Below are positions 1-12,672 of a DNA stretch of 64,000 nt, in pieces; positions within the stretch are counted from its first letter, which is position 1, and every line of letters starts with the position of its first letter. The notes under the pieces are model-generated. The model was not told where the DNA came from, did not search any database, and saw nothing but the letters and a program-made list of their open reading frames with translations. Location of the stretch: assembly GCF_009914755.1 (NCBI RefSeq), contig NC_060930.1, one strand, 5' to 3'. This DNA comes from the human T2T-CHM13v2.0 reference genome, Homo sapiens. The position numbers were made by a program, and so were the translations under genes.

Positions 1-204
1 AAAAATTCCAGGACACTTATCATTAAATTTCACATTTGCATGCAATAAGCAAAATTAATTGCCTAGTATTTCACCAAATTCATACATGAGGTTAGGGAAA
101 ATATTTACTGAGTATTCACTATATCTTGATACATTTATATGTGTATATCTCATTTCCTCCTTCAAATATTGCTGCAATATGGAGATGTTATTCCTATTGC
201 TGTA

Positions 205-1100
205 TAAGTTTATTCAATAAATACTTGTTGAGTTTCTACTGTATGTAGGTCCTGGTCCTATTGGGTGCACTGATGAGCAACAGCTTTAAACAGGCAAGAA
301 AACAATTGCTTACTGTCATGATCAGAGATACAATGAGGAAGGCAGAAAAGTGTCCCCCAAAGTGATTATTCTGGATTTTCTGGGTGAGCCCCATTTCATC
401 CCAGGAGTCCTTAAAGGTGGAGGAGGTGGCAGAAGAGTGGTTCAGAGAGATGTGATTTGACGACTTTACCTGCTGTTGCTGGATTTGAAGGTGGAAGAAG
501 TGGCTATGAGTCAAGCAATGTGGCAACCTCTAGAAGTTGGAAAAGAAGAGGAACCAGATTCACCCCTAGACCCTCCAGAAATAAATGCAGCCCTGCTGAT
601 AACTTGATTTTAGTCTAGTGGAGACCCGTGTTGATCACTGACAAAACTGTAAGATAATAAACTTGTGTTGTTTTTTACCACAAAGTTTGTGGTTATTTAT
701 GATAGCAGCAATGAAACACCAATAGCCATGGTAGGGGAAACTATGGGATGCCTTGGGGAAGGTACCATGGTTTTGGAAAGTGTTTGCACCCAGGTCTGGA
801 TGGTCAGTAGAAGTTAACTAGGTGGGATGGAGAAAATTAGTGGAGGCTGGAGGAAAGGAGCAGGAGGATATTTAAGGTAAAAAAAAGTAAAATGTAGAGG
901 TCTGGATGCGACAGAGGCAGTGACCACTCAGAGGATTAATAATTGGTTCATTTTTATAGATAAATAACATATGAAGTGTGAAGTGGGGAGATGCCTCCTG
1001 GGGAGGTGAGCCAGAGTCAGATGATGGAAAACCTGTGTATCAGGCAAAGTTTAGGGATGATGAAGACAATCCTTGCCCAAGCGCTCATGGCTAGTGAGCA
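205..1100 (-). mobile_element. L2 LINE fragments, interrupted by an MLT1 LTR
   Basis: attcaataaatacttgttgagtttctactgtatgtagg resembles the reverse complement of the L2 3' end; purine-rich L2-like sequence resumes after about 730. Confidence 0.55.
345..725 (+). mobile_element. MaLR solo LTR, MLT1 family (MLT1D-like)
   Basis: Motifs cctctagaagttggaaaag, gattcacccctagaccctccagaa..gcagccctgctga, ctgtaagataataaacttgtgttg..tttgtggttatttatgatagcagcaat. Confidence 0.8.
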
Positions 1101-2965
1101 ATGGAGCTTTGTCTACCTTAATCCAAAATCCATATTTTTTTACTTATATAACCAACAAAGTAGACATCTCTTACAAAACAACTAAAATTTGTTTTTCTGA
1201 AAGTTTCATACAAAGTGAATATTTTTTAAAGTAGTATCTCTTTTCTCACTGATGATCAGTAGATAATTTGTCAATGGGTGGTCTAGCTTCTGGATTGAGA
1301 ATGTTCCACTGGTCACCAAAGTGTGCTGCTGAAGTTACTTTACCCAGTGGAATACTGTCTGAGGCCAAGTGCTCATGGTCCCTTAGCTCACTTTTCCTTT
1401 GAAGTATGACCGTAGGTTGTCTACCTCCCCTCGTAGCCTTGTCCTTTATACTTGCTAGGTATTTAAATATCTGTCATATAAGAAGAATCATCTGCCTTTA
1501 CACTTAGGTTTCTTGGACATTTGCATCCTTTTCCCTAGTTTGGACATTCTCAGGGTTTAATAGAATTAATCTGTAATGATCTCTTTTTACATTAGCTGTT
1601 GCCATATAACCTATTATGTGCATATGAATATTCTTAAATAATAAAAAAGAATTCTGATTATGGGAAATGAAGGTGTTTGACCTTACTAAATTTTTTAATG
1701 ACTAAATTTTATATATTGAATGTTCTTAAAGGAGAATCACCTGTGTGTAGTGGATTGATTGCATATGTGCACTCCTTTAATCTTTGTTTTCTAGTGCCTT
1801 TTTAGCACAGCCTTCATTTGGCTATTCTTAATGTTTTTTCTGTTGATGTTTTAAAAATGGAAAATATGGGCAGGGTTTGGGGAAGGATAAAACACCACCA
1901 ACAACAACTACTCAAATTCTAGTGGGTAACTTCTAAATTTTAAAAATTAAAATTCACCTATGATTACAAAAAAACCAACAACCACTAAGCACTGAAAGGT
2001 TTATAACAGAATATAGTTCTTTTCCCTCGACTCACTGCAGTCCCCTTCCTAGAGGCAACTATTCTCCTTACCTTCTTCTATCATTTTTACATTTCCATAT
2101 TCTAAATAAAATGGGTATGCCATCATCTTTCAATTCTTTAGTATTAGAAATTGTCTGCTGATATCCTATTTTGGTAAATACATAGGAAGTTGCTTAGGGA
2201 TGCTACTGTTCTTTTCCCTGCTTCGCCATTGAATTTTAGGTAAATACATATACAGTGTTGACATTATTTTGCTTGTCCAAACATTATTACCAGCTAAAAA
2301 CTGAGGTTTACTGTAATTTTGTTTCCTATGTGTTTGTTTTACCTGAAATTAATAATTGCCTTATTTTTATATGCCTAGTTTTCTTTGCACCTATTGCTAA
2401 TCCCTCCCACATTTTCCAGTGACCTGACAGTACAATTTTCCACAAAGCCAGTCACATTCAGCAGGCTATCACTTCTAATATTGTTCCTTGGTCCTTGGTG
2501 ACCTCTCTTCTGGAGACATGCTTTCTAGGCCTGCTGCACAGCCATCATGCTGGGTATTTGCTTTGCTCCTAGTTTAGAATCCCTGTTGCTTGGATCTCAT
2601 GGAAGTTTTGTGTTATTCGTTTGTTTTTGCCTTTTTTGTTTGTTTGTTTTGGTTTGGTTTATTTGTTTTCTTCTTGGGGCGATTTCCTCATTTTGTCTGA
2701 GTGTATCCTTTGTAAGTTTTGTCACGTTAAAACAGGAATACAGAGTGGTGGCAACGCTGAAGACAGCCCATACCTGCTCCAGTTTGGATTCAGACCCTCT
2801 TTTCTGTGATCTCCTCTCACCATTAACAGGAGAGCCCCTTTGCTTCTTCCTGGGCTGGATCTCTTTTTTATGCTTCTCATATCTTCCTCCTTCTTGATTT
2901 GCAAACTGAGTTCTGTGGGGGATATCTAGGAGCTTCTTGAAAAATGGTATGTAGGAGTTATTTTT

Positions 2966-3855
2966 TATAATTAGCTCAATTATTATTTTTAGTTTTTTTA
3001 AAAAAATTTTTACTTTAAGTTCTGGGATACATGTGCAGAATGTGCAGGTTTGTTACATAGGTATACATGTGCGTGGTGGTTTGCTGCACCTATCAACCTG
3101 TCATCTAGGTTTTAAGCCCCGCATGCATTAGGCATTTGTCCTAATGCTCTCCCTTCCCTTGCCCCCCACCCCCTGACAGGCCCCGGTGTGTGATGTTTCC
3201 CTCCCTGTGTCCATGTGTTCTCATTGTTCAACTCCCACTTATAAGTGAGAACATGCAGTGTTTGGTTTTATGTTCCTGTGTTAGTTTGCTGAGAATGATG
3301 GTTTCCAGCTTCATCCATGTCCCTGCAAAGGACATGAACTCATTCTTTTTTATGGCTGCATAGTATTCCATGTTGTATATGTGCCACATTTTCTTTATCC
3401 AGTCTATCATTGATGGGCATTTGGGTTGGTTCCCAGTCTTTGCTATTGTAAATAGTGCTACAGTAAACATACATGTGCATGTGTCTTTATAGTAGAATGA
3501 TTTATAATCTTTTGCATATATACCCAGTAATGGGATTGCTGGGTCAAATGGTATTTCTGGTTCTAGATCCTTGAGGAATCACCACACTGTCTTCACAATA
3601 GTTGAACTAATTTACACTCCCACCAACAGTGTAAAAGCATTCCTATTTCTCCACATCCTCTCCAGCATCTGTTTTATCCCGACTTTTTAGTAATTGCCAT
3701 TCTAACTGGTGTGAGATGGTATCTCATTGTGGTTTTGAGCTTTTTTTCATCTGTTTGTTGGCCGCATAAATGTCTTCCTTTGAGAAATGTCTGTTGATAT
3801 CCTTCGCCTACTTTTTGATTTGGTAGTTTGATTTTTTCTTGTAAATTGTTTAACC
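2966..3855 (-). mobile_element. 5'-truncated L1PA (about L1PA6-8) 3' end
   Basis: Canonical tactttaagttctgggatacatgtgcag start. The minus-strand ORF 3228-3470 is the ORF2 C-terminus (WIKKMWHIY..EFMSFAGTWMKLETIILSKL). Degenerate TSD gtaggag(t/c)ta(t/a)tttt at 2951-2965 and 3856-3870. About 30 nt of consensus appears deleted near 3737. Confidence 0.92.
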
Positions 3856-3883
3856 GTAGGAGCTAATTTTAAAGACATAGCAT

Positions 3884-4337
<454 letters not shown>

Positions 4338-4924
4338 GGAATATTATGGAAAGATTGTCATTTGGTAAATACTTGTATAAATAGGACTCAGGAATATGAA
4401 GGTATAAAAAGTTCTGCTGAAATGCAGTTTATAGAATGGGTGGAAAGATACGAAAACTATATAATGTAGTTAAAATACAATTTAAGAATGAAACAAGATC
4501 ATCATTCAAGGCCTTTTTCCAGGATTCATGTGATTAATCATTGTTTGAAGAGGATTATTGACCTTTTACGAACTCATAACAAGGATACTGAACTGGGATG
4601 GAATATTCTGGAAGAGGTAGTCCTTAACCCTTAAAGGAGTCGTAGGATTGTGGTAGGATTGTGATAAATGGAGAGGGTCAGCAAGACATTTTTATGTGGA
4701 TATAACATTTTCGTGTGGACACAATATTAAGAATATTCTAGAGAAAAAGGAGCACACCACTATTACCTAAACAGAGTATTGAAGAAAACTAGGGGATAAA
4801 GTTTGAGAAGTAAACTGGGATCAATTATGGAGGAAATTAAATTCCAGGCGAGGAAATTTGAACTGATTCTGCAGGTTAAGAAGTAAGTGCTAGGATGAGG
4901 TTGATGACATTCAAGAATGTCATA

Positions 4925-5840
4925 TAAACAGAATGTTAGTATGTAGTCTTTAGTGTCTGGTTTCTTTGACTTAGCAGAATGCATGTGAGATTCCATGCAT
5001 GTTGTTGCATGTATCAGTAGTTTGCTTATATTTATTGTGGAATAGTATTCCATTGTATCCCTGTACCAAACTTTCTTTATCCGTATGTAATACCAGTTGG
5101 TATTTGGGTTGTATTCAGTTTTTGGCCATTACCAATAAGGCTGCTATATACACTGGCATACAGATTTTATGTAGACATATGGTGGTTTTTTTTGTTGTTG
5201 TTTGTTTGTTTTTGAGACAGTTTCACTCTGTCACCCAGACTGGGGTGCAGTGGCACAATCTTGGCTCACTGCAACCTCTGCCTCCTGAATTCAAGCAATT
5301 CTTACTGCCTCAGCCTCCTGAGTAGCTGGGATTACAGGCATGCCCCACCATGCCCAGCTAATTTTTGTATTTTTAGTGGAGAAGGAATTTCACTATGTTG
5401 TCCAGGCTGGTCCTGAACTCCTGACCTCAAGTAATCTGCCTGCCTTGGCCTCCCAAAGTGCTGAGACTACAGGCATGAGCCACTGTGCCCCACCTAGACA
5501 TATGTTTTTGTTTCTCTTGGATAAATATCTAGGGGTAAGATTGCTGAGTTGTATCACTAATGCATGGTTAACTTTACAAAAAACTGCCAGCTGTTTTTCA
5601 AAATGGCTGTACTTTTACCTGCAATGTATGAGAGTTGCAGTTACTCCACATTCCTGCCAACCCTTGGTATAGTCATTTTCTTAAAGCCGTTTTAACATGA
5701 AGTAATGTCTCATTGTGGTTTGAATTTACATTTCTCTAATGATTAATGTGCTGAGCATATTTTCATTTGTTTATTTGTCATCTAAACATCTTCTATGGTA
5801 ACGTATAGGTTTAAATCTTTTGCCCATTTTTTAAAATGAT
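4925..5840 (-). mobile_element. Old L1M 3' region, interrupted by an Alu
   Basis: gtctggtttctttgacttagc..gttgttgcatgtatcagtagt..aataaggctgctata..cattgtggtttgaatttacatttctctaatga. Confidence 0.75.
5182..5494 (-). mobile_element. AluS
   Basis: Full dimer in antisense; TSD tagacatatg at 5172-5181 and 5495-5504. Confidence 0.93.
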
Positions 5841-6097
5841 ATGTTAAAAAAAGATACTGCATCATTATAAAATAAAAAAAATGCCAAAAAGTACAAATAG
5901 GAAAGTAAACCAACTTAAATCCCAGCACCCAAAAATAACTGTTTGAATATTAAGTTAATATTCCAGACATTTCTCCCTCTATGTATATATACAGATAGAA
6001 GGACGGATGGATGGATGAATGGATGGACAGAGAGAAAAAATACGTGTAAATAAAGTCTATTAGATATGCTGATTTTTACTGTGATACAATTTGTATA

Positions 6098-6403
6098 CAG
6101 TAGTCCCCCCTTATCTGTGGTTTTGCTTGCTGTGGTTTCAGTTACCTGTGGTATATACAAAAAGAAATCTTGAGAAAGAGAGAGATCACATTGACGGAAG
6201 TTTTACACAGTATATTGTTATGATTGTTCTATTTTATTATTAGTTATTATCATCAATGTCTTACTGTGCCTAATTTATATTGTAAAAATAGGTATGATGC
6301 ATGGGAAAAAACATGGTATATATAAGGTTTGGCACTATCTGGGGTTTCAGACATTCACTGGGGATGTTGAAATGTATCCCCTACAGATCAGGAGGGACTG
6401 CTG
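6098..6403 (+). mobile_element. MER44A-like Tigger-derived MITE (TcMar), nested in an L1M 3' end
   Basis: TIRs cagtagtccccccttatctg ... cagatcaggagggactgctg, with TA flanks at 6096-6097 and 6404-6405. Confidence 0.88.
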
Positions 6404-6405
6404 TA

Positions 6406-6965
6406 TCACAAAATTCATCAGGATTTTTAGTATATTCACCATGTTGGGCAACCATCACTACTCTTAATTTCAGAAAATTTATCATCCTCCAAAGAAACCC
6501 CATACCATTAGTAGTCAGCCTCCATTGTCCTCCACCATGCAATCCTAGGCAACACCTAATCTACTTTCTCTATATATATGAATTTACCTATTTTGGAAAT
6601 TTTGTATAAATGGAATTTCACCATATCTGGCCCTTTGTGTTTAACTTCTTTCACTTAACATAGTGTTTTCAAAGTTCATCCATATTGTAACACGTGTCAG
6701 TACTTCATTCCTTTTTATGGGTGAATAATAGTCTATGTATAAATATAGTGTATTTTGTTTATTAATTTCTGTCTCAATTTAGGTTGATTCTACTAGTTGG
6801 CCATTATAGATAATGCTGCTACAAACATTTGTGTACAAGTTTTTCTGTGGAAATATTTCCAGTTCTCTTGGATTTAAATACCTAGGAGTGAAATTATCGA
6901 TACTAATTTTTAAAATTGAGTTGTTTTCTTATTATAGAGCTCTGAAGAATATAAAGTTTTAAATG
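6406..6965 (-). mobile_element. Old L1M (L1MB/ME-like) 3' end
   Basis: tatattcaccatgttgggcaaccatcacta..aaaccccatacc..cctaggcaacacctaatctactttct..cttctttcacttaacatagtg. Confidence 0.75.
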
Positions 6966-7219
6966 TTGAATTTACAGGTGTGTGTATCTCTTAACTCATA
7001 TAACTCCAAGATAGCTCTGTGTTCTAATTTTGATGTAGATTTAATGAAGGGTTTATAGAAGCTCATTTGTCCAATGCATTCTAAATATTACTAAATAAGA
7101 AACCAACTTGTATATATATGAATTGTTTAAAATATATAAAATCAGCTGCTTCAATTATTTTTATTTTGTCTTAAATATTTCTTCAGATATTATTTCTTCC
7201 TAGAATTCATTTAGCCACT

Positions 7220-7320
7220 GACTGTAGGAGTATTTGTTGATACTGTCTTTATGTAAGTCAACACAAAAGGTAATTGTATTGACTTACATAAAGGCAGTAT
7301 CAACAAATATTCGTATAGTC
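7220..7320. repeat. Long inverted repeat: 47-bp arms, 7-nt loop
   Basis: 7220-7266 pairs with 7274-7320: 42 Watson-Crick pairs, 3 G-U and 2 mismatches on the + strand (counted by hand). Confidence 0.95.
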
Positions 7321-7711
7321 GCTGACTGTATGAATATTTAATCCTTAAAGGAGTGGTAGGATTCAGTGACTGAATGAATAGAATTGCCTTTTGTATTGAC
7401 CTACAACATATGGGGGAATAATTTAACTTACAATTATGAGCTGTAAAATGTAGTTATAATTATTTTATGATATGGATGTGATTTTAATATTTTTATGGCT
7501 CTCCCCCTTTCACTCTTCTCAGAATTCACATGATCCCTCCACTAAGGATTATTCAAGACACACATACAGATAAATCTCCCAGTTACCTATGGTGACTTGA
7601 ATAAAAGGTCCTTTGGGGGCTGCCTGTTAGTTTTTTATTTAGGGGATGCGTGATGTGGAATGTCACAACACTGTAAGTAATGGAGCCGTGCTGTCATATT
7701 GTTACTTTCAG

Positions 7712-7901
7712 TATTGCTGACAGACAGAACGCCTTGGAGGCTGAGTGGAGGACGGTGCAGGCCTCTCGCAGAGATCTGGAAAACTTCCTGAAGTGGATCC
7801 AAGAAGCAGAGACCACAGTGAATGTGCTTGTGGATGCCTCTCATCGGGAGAATGCTCTTCAGGATAGTATCTTGGCCAGGGAACTCAAACAGCAGATGCA
7901 G
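7712..7901 (+). CDS. UTRN: Utrophin internal coding exon (spectrin-repeat rod domain; paralogue of DMD exon 55)
   Basis: Acceptor ctttcag|t (AG 7710-7711) and donor CAG|gtaagt (GT 7902-7903). Length 190 nt, with 1 nt completing the upstream codon and a phase-0 end. Translation [63 protein letters not shown] is recognisable utrophin and aligns to dystrophin VSEREAALEETHRLLQQFPLDLEKFLAWLTEAETTANVLQDATRKERLLEDSKGVKELMKQWQ (also a 190-nt exon). Confidence 0.97.
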
Positions 7902-8534
7902 GTAAGTGCATGGGAAACCACACCAGTACCTGTGTTTGCCCTGTGTGCTTTTGATCCCTCTGCATGCAAATGTGTTACCCTTAAAAGGTGAAGTTGTCAC
8001 TTTATTCTCTTATGAAATCCGTGCTCTCCTGTGAATAATAGGTTTCTTGAAATAAGCTCTATTAGATATTTTTACTTAATGTTAGAGGGGAAAAAACCCA
8101 CCTTGTTTTATGGAAGTAATAATTGTTTATTTAGAGTTAGAGGCTCACAGCTATTCTGCTTTTTGTCATTTTAAGCCCTATTATGGTTAGCTTTATTGAA
8201 TCCTAAATTATAAGGGCATTTTCCCTTAATGTGAAGTTGTTTCTTTCTCCATTTATTATACATACTTAATATAAAAGCTGCAAAAGCTCTATGGCTTAGT
8301 TTATAACTAAGAATATTAGGCTTGATGATATTACTTTTATGTCATTAGCTTGATAACTGTGATTGTATATGTAGTCTGAGGTTCAAATATTTCTTCTACA
8401 CAAAATGTGCTAATATAAAACTTTTCATTTATAAACATTATAAGGAATCTTATGAAATACGTCTGAATCTTTTTTTGCCCTCAAGTAGTTCTGCTTCAGT
8501 ACTCTTGAACCTTCCAGTTCAAAATCTGATTCAT

Positions 8535-8838
8535 GCGGAGTGTGGTGCCTCACGCCTGTAATCCCAGCACTTTGGGAGGCCAAGGTGCGTAGGTCACCTG
8601 AGGTCAGGAGTTTGAGACCAGCCTGGCCAACATGGTGAAACCCCATCTCTACTAAAAATACAAAAATTAGTCGGGCGTGGTGGTGCGCACCTGTAGTCCC
8701 AGCTACTTGGGAGGCTGAAGCATGAGAATTACTTGAACCCAGGAGGTGGAGGTTGCAGTCAGCCAAGATCGCACTACTACACTTCATTCTAGGTGGCAGA
8801 ACGAGACTCTGTCCACTCCCAAAGAAACAAAACAAAAA
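8535..8838 (+). mobile_element. AluS
   Basis: Full dimer with A-rich tail. Confidence 0.92.
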
Positions 8839-8970
8839 CCTATTTCAATGGGGAAGTCTCCTTGTCAACCATAGTATTACATCTGATTACTTTATACCAT
8901 GCCATGCTCACATCAGTTTGACAACTATTATTTCTGATGTACCTGTGAACACGTGTTCCATTGTCTTTTG

Positions 8971-9247
8971 TTGTTGTTGTTTTGTTGCCCAGGCTGGAGT
9001 GTAGTGGTGCAATCTCAGCTTGCTACAACCTCTGCCTCCTGGGTTCAAGTGATTCTCATCCCTCAGCCACCTGAGTAGCTGGGATTACAGGTGTGCTCCA
9101 CCATGCCTGGCTAGTTTTTGTATTTTTAGTAGAGATGGGGTTTCACCATGTTGGCCAGGCTGGTCTCAAACTCTTGACTTTAAGTGATCCACCTGCCTCG
9201 GTCTCCCGAAGTGCTGGGATTACAGGCCTGAGCCACCGTGCCTGGCC
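8971..9247 (-). mobile_element. AluS lacking about 17 nt next to the tail
   Basis: Antisense Alu; 14-bp TSD tccattgtcttttg at 8957-8970 and 9248-9261. Confidence 0.92.
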
Positions 9248-10817
9248 TCCATTGTCTTTTGATACATGTCTCTGCTTGTCCCAGTTGGTCACATGGTTCT
9301 TCAAGGGCAGAGATTATATTATCTGTATTGTTGCCTACGCAGTGCCCTGTGTGCAAATCCTAAGTGAATACTGACTGCTGTCCTTGGACCTTGACTCACC
9401 GTTATGAAACTCAGCATTGAAACCTTTTTTAAATCCGTTCTTAGGAACTCTTTTCTCTGAAAACATGAAAAAGACCATTTTGTAAAATGTCAACAAATGT
9501 GTGGATCTGGATGAAGGATACAGAGTCTTTCTTTGAACTACTCTGATTCTTACAATTGTTCTTTAAGTTTGAAATTATTTTCACTGAAAAGTTACACAAT
9601 TTGAAAAACAGATCTTTTTGGAATGAGCTTATTTATAAATTGTCCCTGTGCATGAAAACTCATGGTGTTTTACTGTTGAGTTCTTAAGATTCATTTGTTG
9701 AAAATTTCTGTTTAAATACATTGCTGCTTCTATCTTATTCATTGCGCAATACATTTTGTGACTTGGTAATGAGTGTGACCAGGCAAGTATCAAAATTAAA
9801 TCTGTTCCTTTGACTCACTCTTTTGAGCCTCATGAGGTCACTATAAATGTTAATTGATAAAATATTTAGCCATCATCTGTATTTTAGGAGGTCATAGAGG
9901 ACTCTAAGTGTGGATAGATGCTAGATTATTTATTTTTTTATGATTTAAACAAGAAAAAGCCTGACCTATAAATGCTCACAGTTAGTTAACTTATGCAATG
10001 GTTTAATTTCAGTAGCTATCTAGGCTGTGCACTTGAGTAGGTAACAGTTTATACACAATGAATAAAGGAGGCTTTAAATGAACCCTGGTAATGAGCACCA
10101 GCAAAACACAGGCCTATTCTAGAGTTTAATGATGTCTTCTGACATATTTTATCTTAGGATATATTCTTACCATAGCTAAGACTCTTCTCAATATTTAATG
10201 AATATTCAAACAGTGGAAGACAAATGTAAATAGAAATGTTTAAAATCTTTCAAAATAAAAATATCTAAGCACAGGATTACTTATGGCAAACAGCATCAAG
10301 AAAGGGTGCTGATAAAAATATTAAAATACATTATAATGCTTTATAAAATATAATACATTATTACTTTAGTGTTGCTAAAAATAGTCTCTTTTGGCTGGTA
10401 GAAAGTAATAAAGAGGACATTTACTAAGAGTCCACTAAAATTCCTTTGTTTAAAGATAAATATGTACATTTATGTTTAGAATGTTTCACATTACGGTAAT
10501 TCGCATGATTTTTCACTCCCTTGCTTTGTTATTAAATGCTCTTAATTTTAAAGTGTTCTCTCCATTCTATTTTTAAAAAAGTTCCATGGTTTTATTTTCA
10601 GCACCTTATAGATAGAAGATTGTTAGAGATTTAGTACCTTTTACTGAGTTTTTCTGAGGCAAGAGAATTTTAATTTTTTTATGGTGTTGTATATTAATGA
10701 TTCTCCTTTTGTATGAGTAAACAGACATTTAAAATAGAAACTTGTTTGGAAATGGAGAGACGTTTGTTGGAGAAAATGACTGTACAGAAGCATGGCAAAT
10801 CATAACAGAAAAGTTCT

Positions 10818-10870
10818 GGTGGCATGGTGGTGGCAGTGGTGGTGGTGGTGCTGGTGGTGCTGGTGGTGCA
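10818..10870 (+). repeat. Imperfect (GGT)n/(GGTGGTGCT)n triplet repeat
   Basis: ggtggcatggtggtggcagtggtggtggtggtgctggtggtgctggtggtgca. Confidence 0.85.
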
Positions 10871-11279
10871 CAGTCTTTGTGCACTAAGGAAGATGGAATA
10901 AGGAGCTCCGTGTATCTTTGCTGCATGCACAGGATGTGTATGTAGAACTACTTAGCTGACACATTCGCTGTTTATACTTGCTTCATGTCTTATGACAACC
11001 AGATCCAAGGCCATGGGAGTATTTCAGGAAGATAAAGCAGTTTATTCTATGCTCAGTTTAAGGTGAATCTTGGGTGAATTTTGATAAGGATAGGTCTAAA
11101 GCACATGGAAGATGATTAACTTTTGGGAGTATGCTATGATACATGCCATTCTTTTAAGGATGGATGATGATTTGGATTTATGTATCTATGTTTCATTGCC
11201 CTGCTGCAAGGCTGTTAGGATTTATTCCCCAGCAGAAGCCTTTTGGCAAGAGAAAAGCCGATTCTTTGGAGCCCTGCAG

Positions 11280-11815
11280 GAGAGACAAGCTCCTTGAGAA
11301 CTGAGCAGTCCAGCTCATAGAGGGTCTTAAATGCCATGCAAGTATTTATATTTTAATCCAGTGGCAATGAAGAGAAGTCATAAAGGATAGTAACAAGAGT
11401 GATGCAATGGGATTTTTGCTTTATAGGAATTTAGCTGATGGTATGAGGAATGGACTTGAACTAGACAAGAGTGACAGAAGAGAGGCCTGTTAGGATACTC
11501 ATGTAGCCATCCAGGCTACAGGTAATAATTACCAGAAAGGAGACAATGGCAGGGGTAGTAGATCTAATGACTCAATAGTATACATAGACTGAGGAAGGGG
11601 AAAGGCAGATTGCCAAGTGGTGTTAGAGCCTAAGACTGGGAACATAGAAGAAAATGTCAGAGCAGGGTTGCAAGTTAGCGGGAAATGTGTGGGGATGGCA
11701 AATTTCATCTGTTTTGACTTTGTTGAAATGAAGCATTGGAGTAACATCCAGGAGGAATTGCCTGGTATGCAGTTGTCACTGTGAATCTATATTCAGATAA
11801 GAGTATTTGGCCAAA
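11280..11815 (-). mobile_element. L2 fragment
   Basis: Typical antisense L2 text: atagagggtcttaaatgccatg..ttttaatccagtggcaatga..ttttgactttgttgaaatgaag..catccaggagga. Confidence 0.6.
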
Positions 11816-12289
11816 GATGCAGAAACTTTATTTTTTGCTTTTGTATGAAAGCCCATTATTGACTTCCAACTAGTTTATTAGTTCAAGTGCATTTATTCTT
11901 AATGTGCATGTTCATATTCTAAAAGATTGTTATTCTTTTAATTATATTTAAAAATTTCAGCTTTACATTTGGCATTACCAATTAATTGAAATGCTCTGAT
12001 TCTTTGCTGGGTAAAATCCTGAGTTCTGCTGCCTTTCTGGAGTGGTGTTGTCATGGGTGGCTGGTTTTGCTCTCTAATAATTTACGTTTTAGGATTATTA
12101 CACTTTTATCTCCTATGTTTGCTTTTAGCCTCATTTTCATCGTCTTGTTCCATAGATGCAGACTTTGATTATAGATTGTTTTAGATTTTCTCCTGTGCCC
12201 AGCTGCATGCTTAGCACTGTGTTTGAGGGGTGAATGCCTATCTCATGGGGACTTCATCTGCTGGTTCTAGGACAGGAATTATAGCTTCA

Positions 12290-12545
12290 TACTTATTTAA
12301 TAACAACTTTCTTGGCATATAATTCACATACTGTACAGTTCATTCATTTAAATTTTACAATTCATTTGTTTCTAGTCTATTCACGATTGTACGACCATCA
12401 CCACAATCAAGTTAGAACATTTTCATTACCTCAGAAAGAAACCCCTTCCCTTTACTAGCAATTTCCCATTCCTCCCCGCCAATTCCCTCCCCTCTGAACA
12501 ATCACTAATCTATTTCTATCTATTTGCCAAATACCTTAACATTTT
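12290..12545 (-). mobile_element. L1M 3' terminus
   Basis: atataattcacatactgtacagttcattcatttaaa..accatcaccacaatcaagttagaacattttcattacc..caatcactaatcta. Confidence 0.75.
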
Positions 12546-12672
12546 ATACTCTATCCTTTGAATATGTTCTCCACTTTTGGCTTTACACAGATATGGTGAC
12601 ATTGTTAGCCTCACCAGAGGGAGGCAGTGTAGATTCTCAGTATGGACCTGCAGGGAAAAAAGATACAGGCAG

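Noticed and set aside
7680-7991. 103-aa ORF as a standalone gene
   Set aside because: Only 7712-7901 is utrophin-like and bounded by splice sites; the flanks are intronic read-through.
7635-8000. 121-aa antisense ORF over the exon
   Set aside because: Shadow of the sense coding exon; no independent signal.
10694-10945. Gly-rich, Pro-rich and Thr-rich ORFs
   Set aside because: Translations of the (GGT)n repeat in different frames; no splice or homology support.
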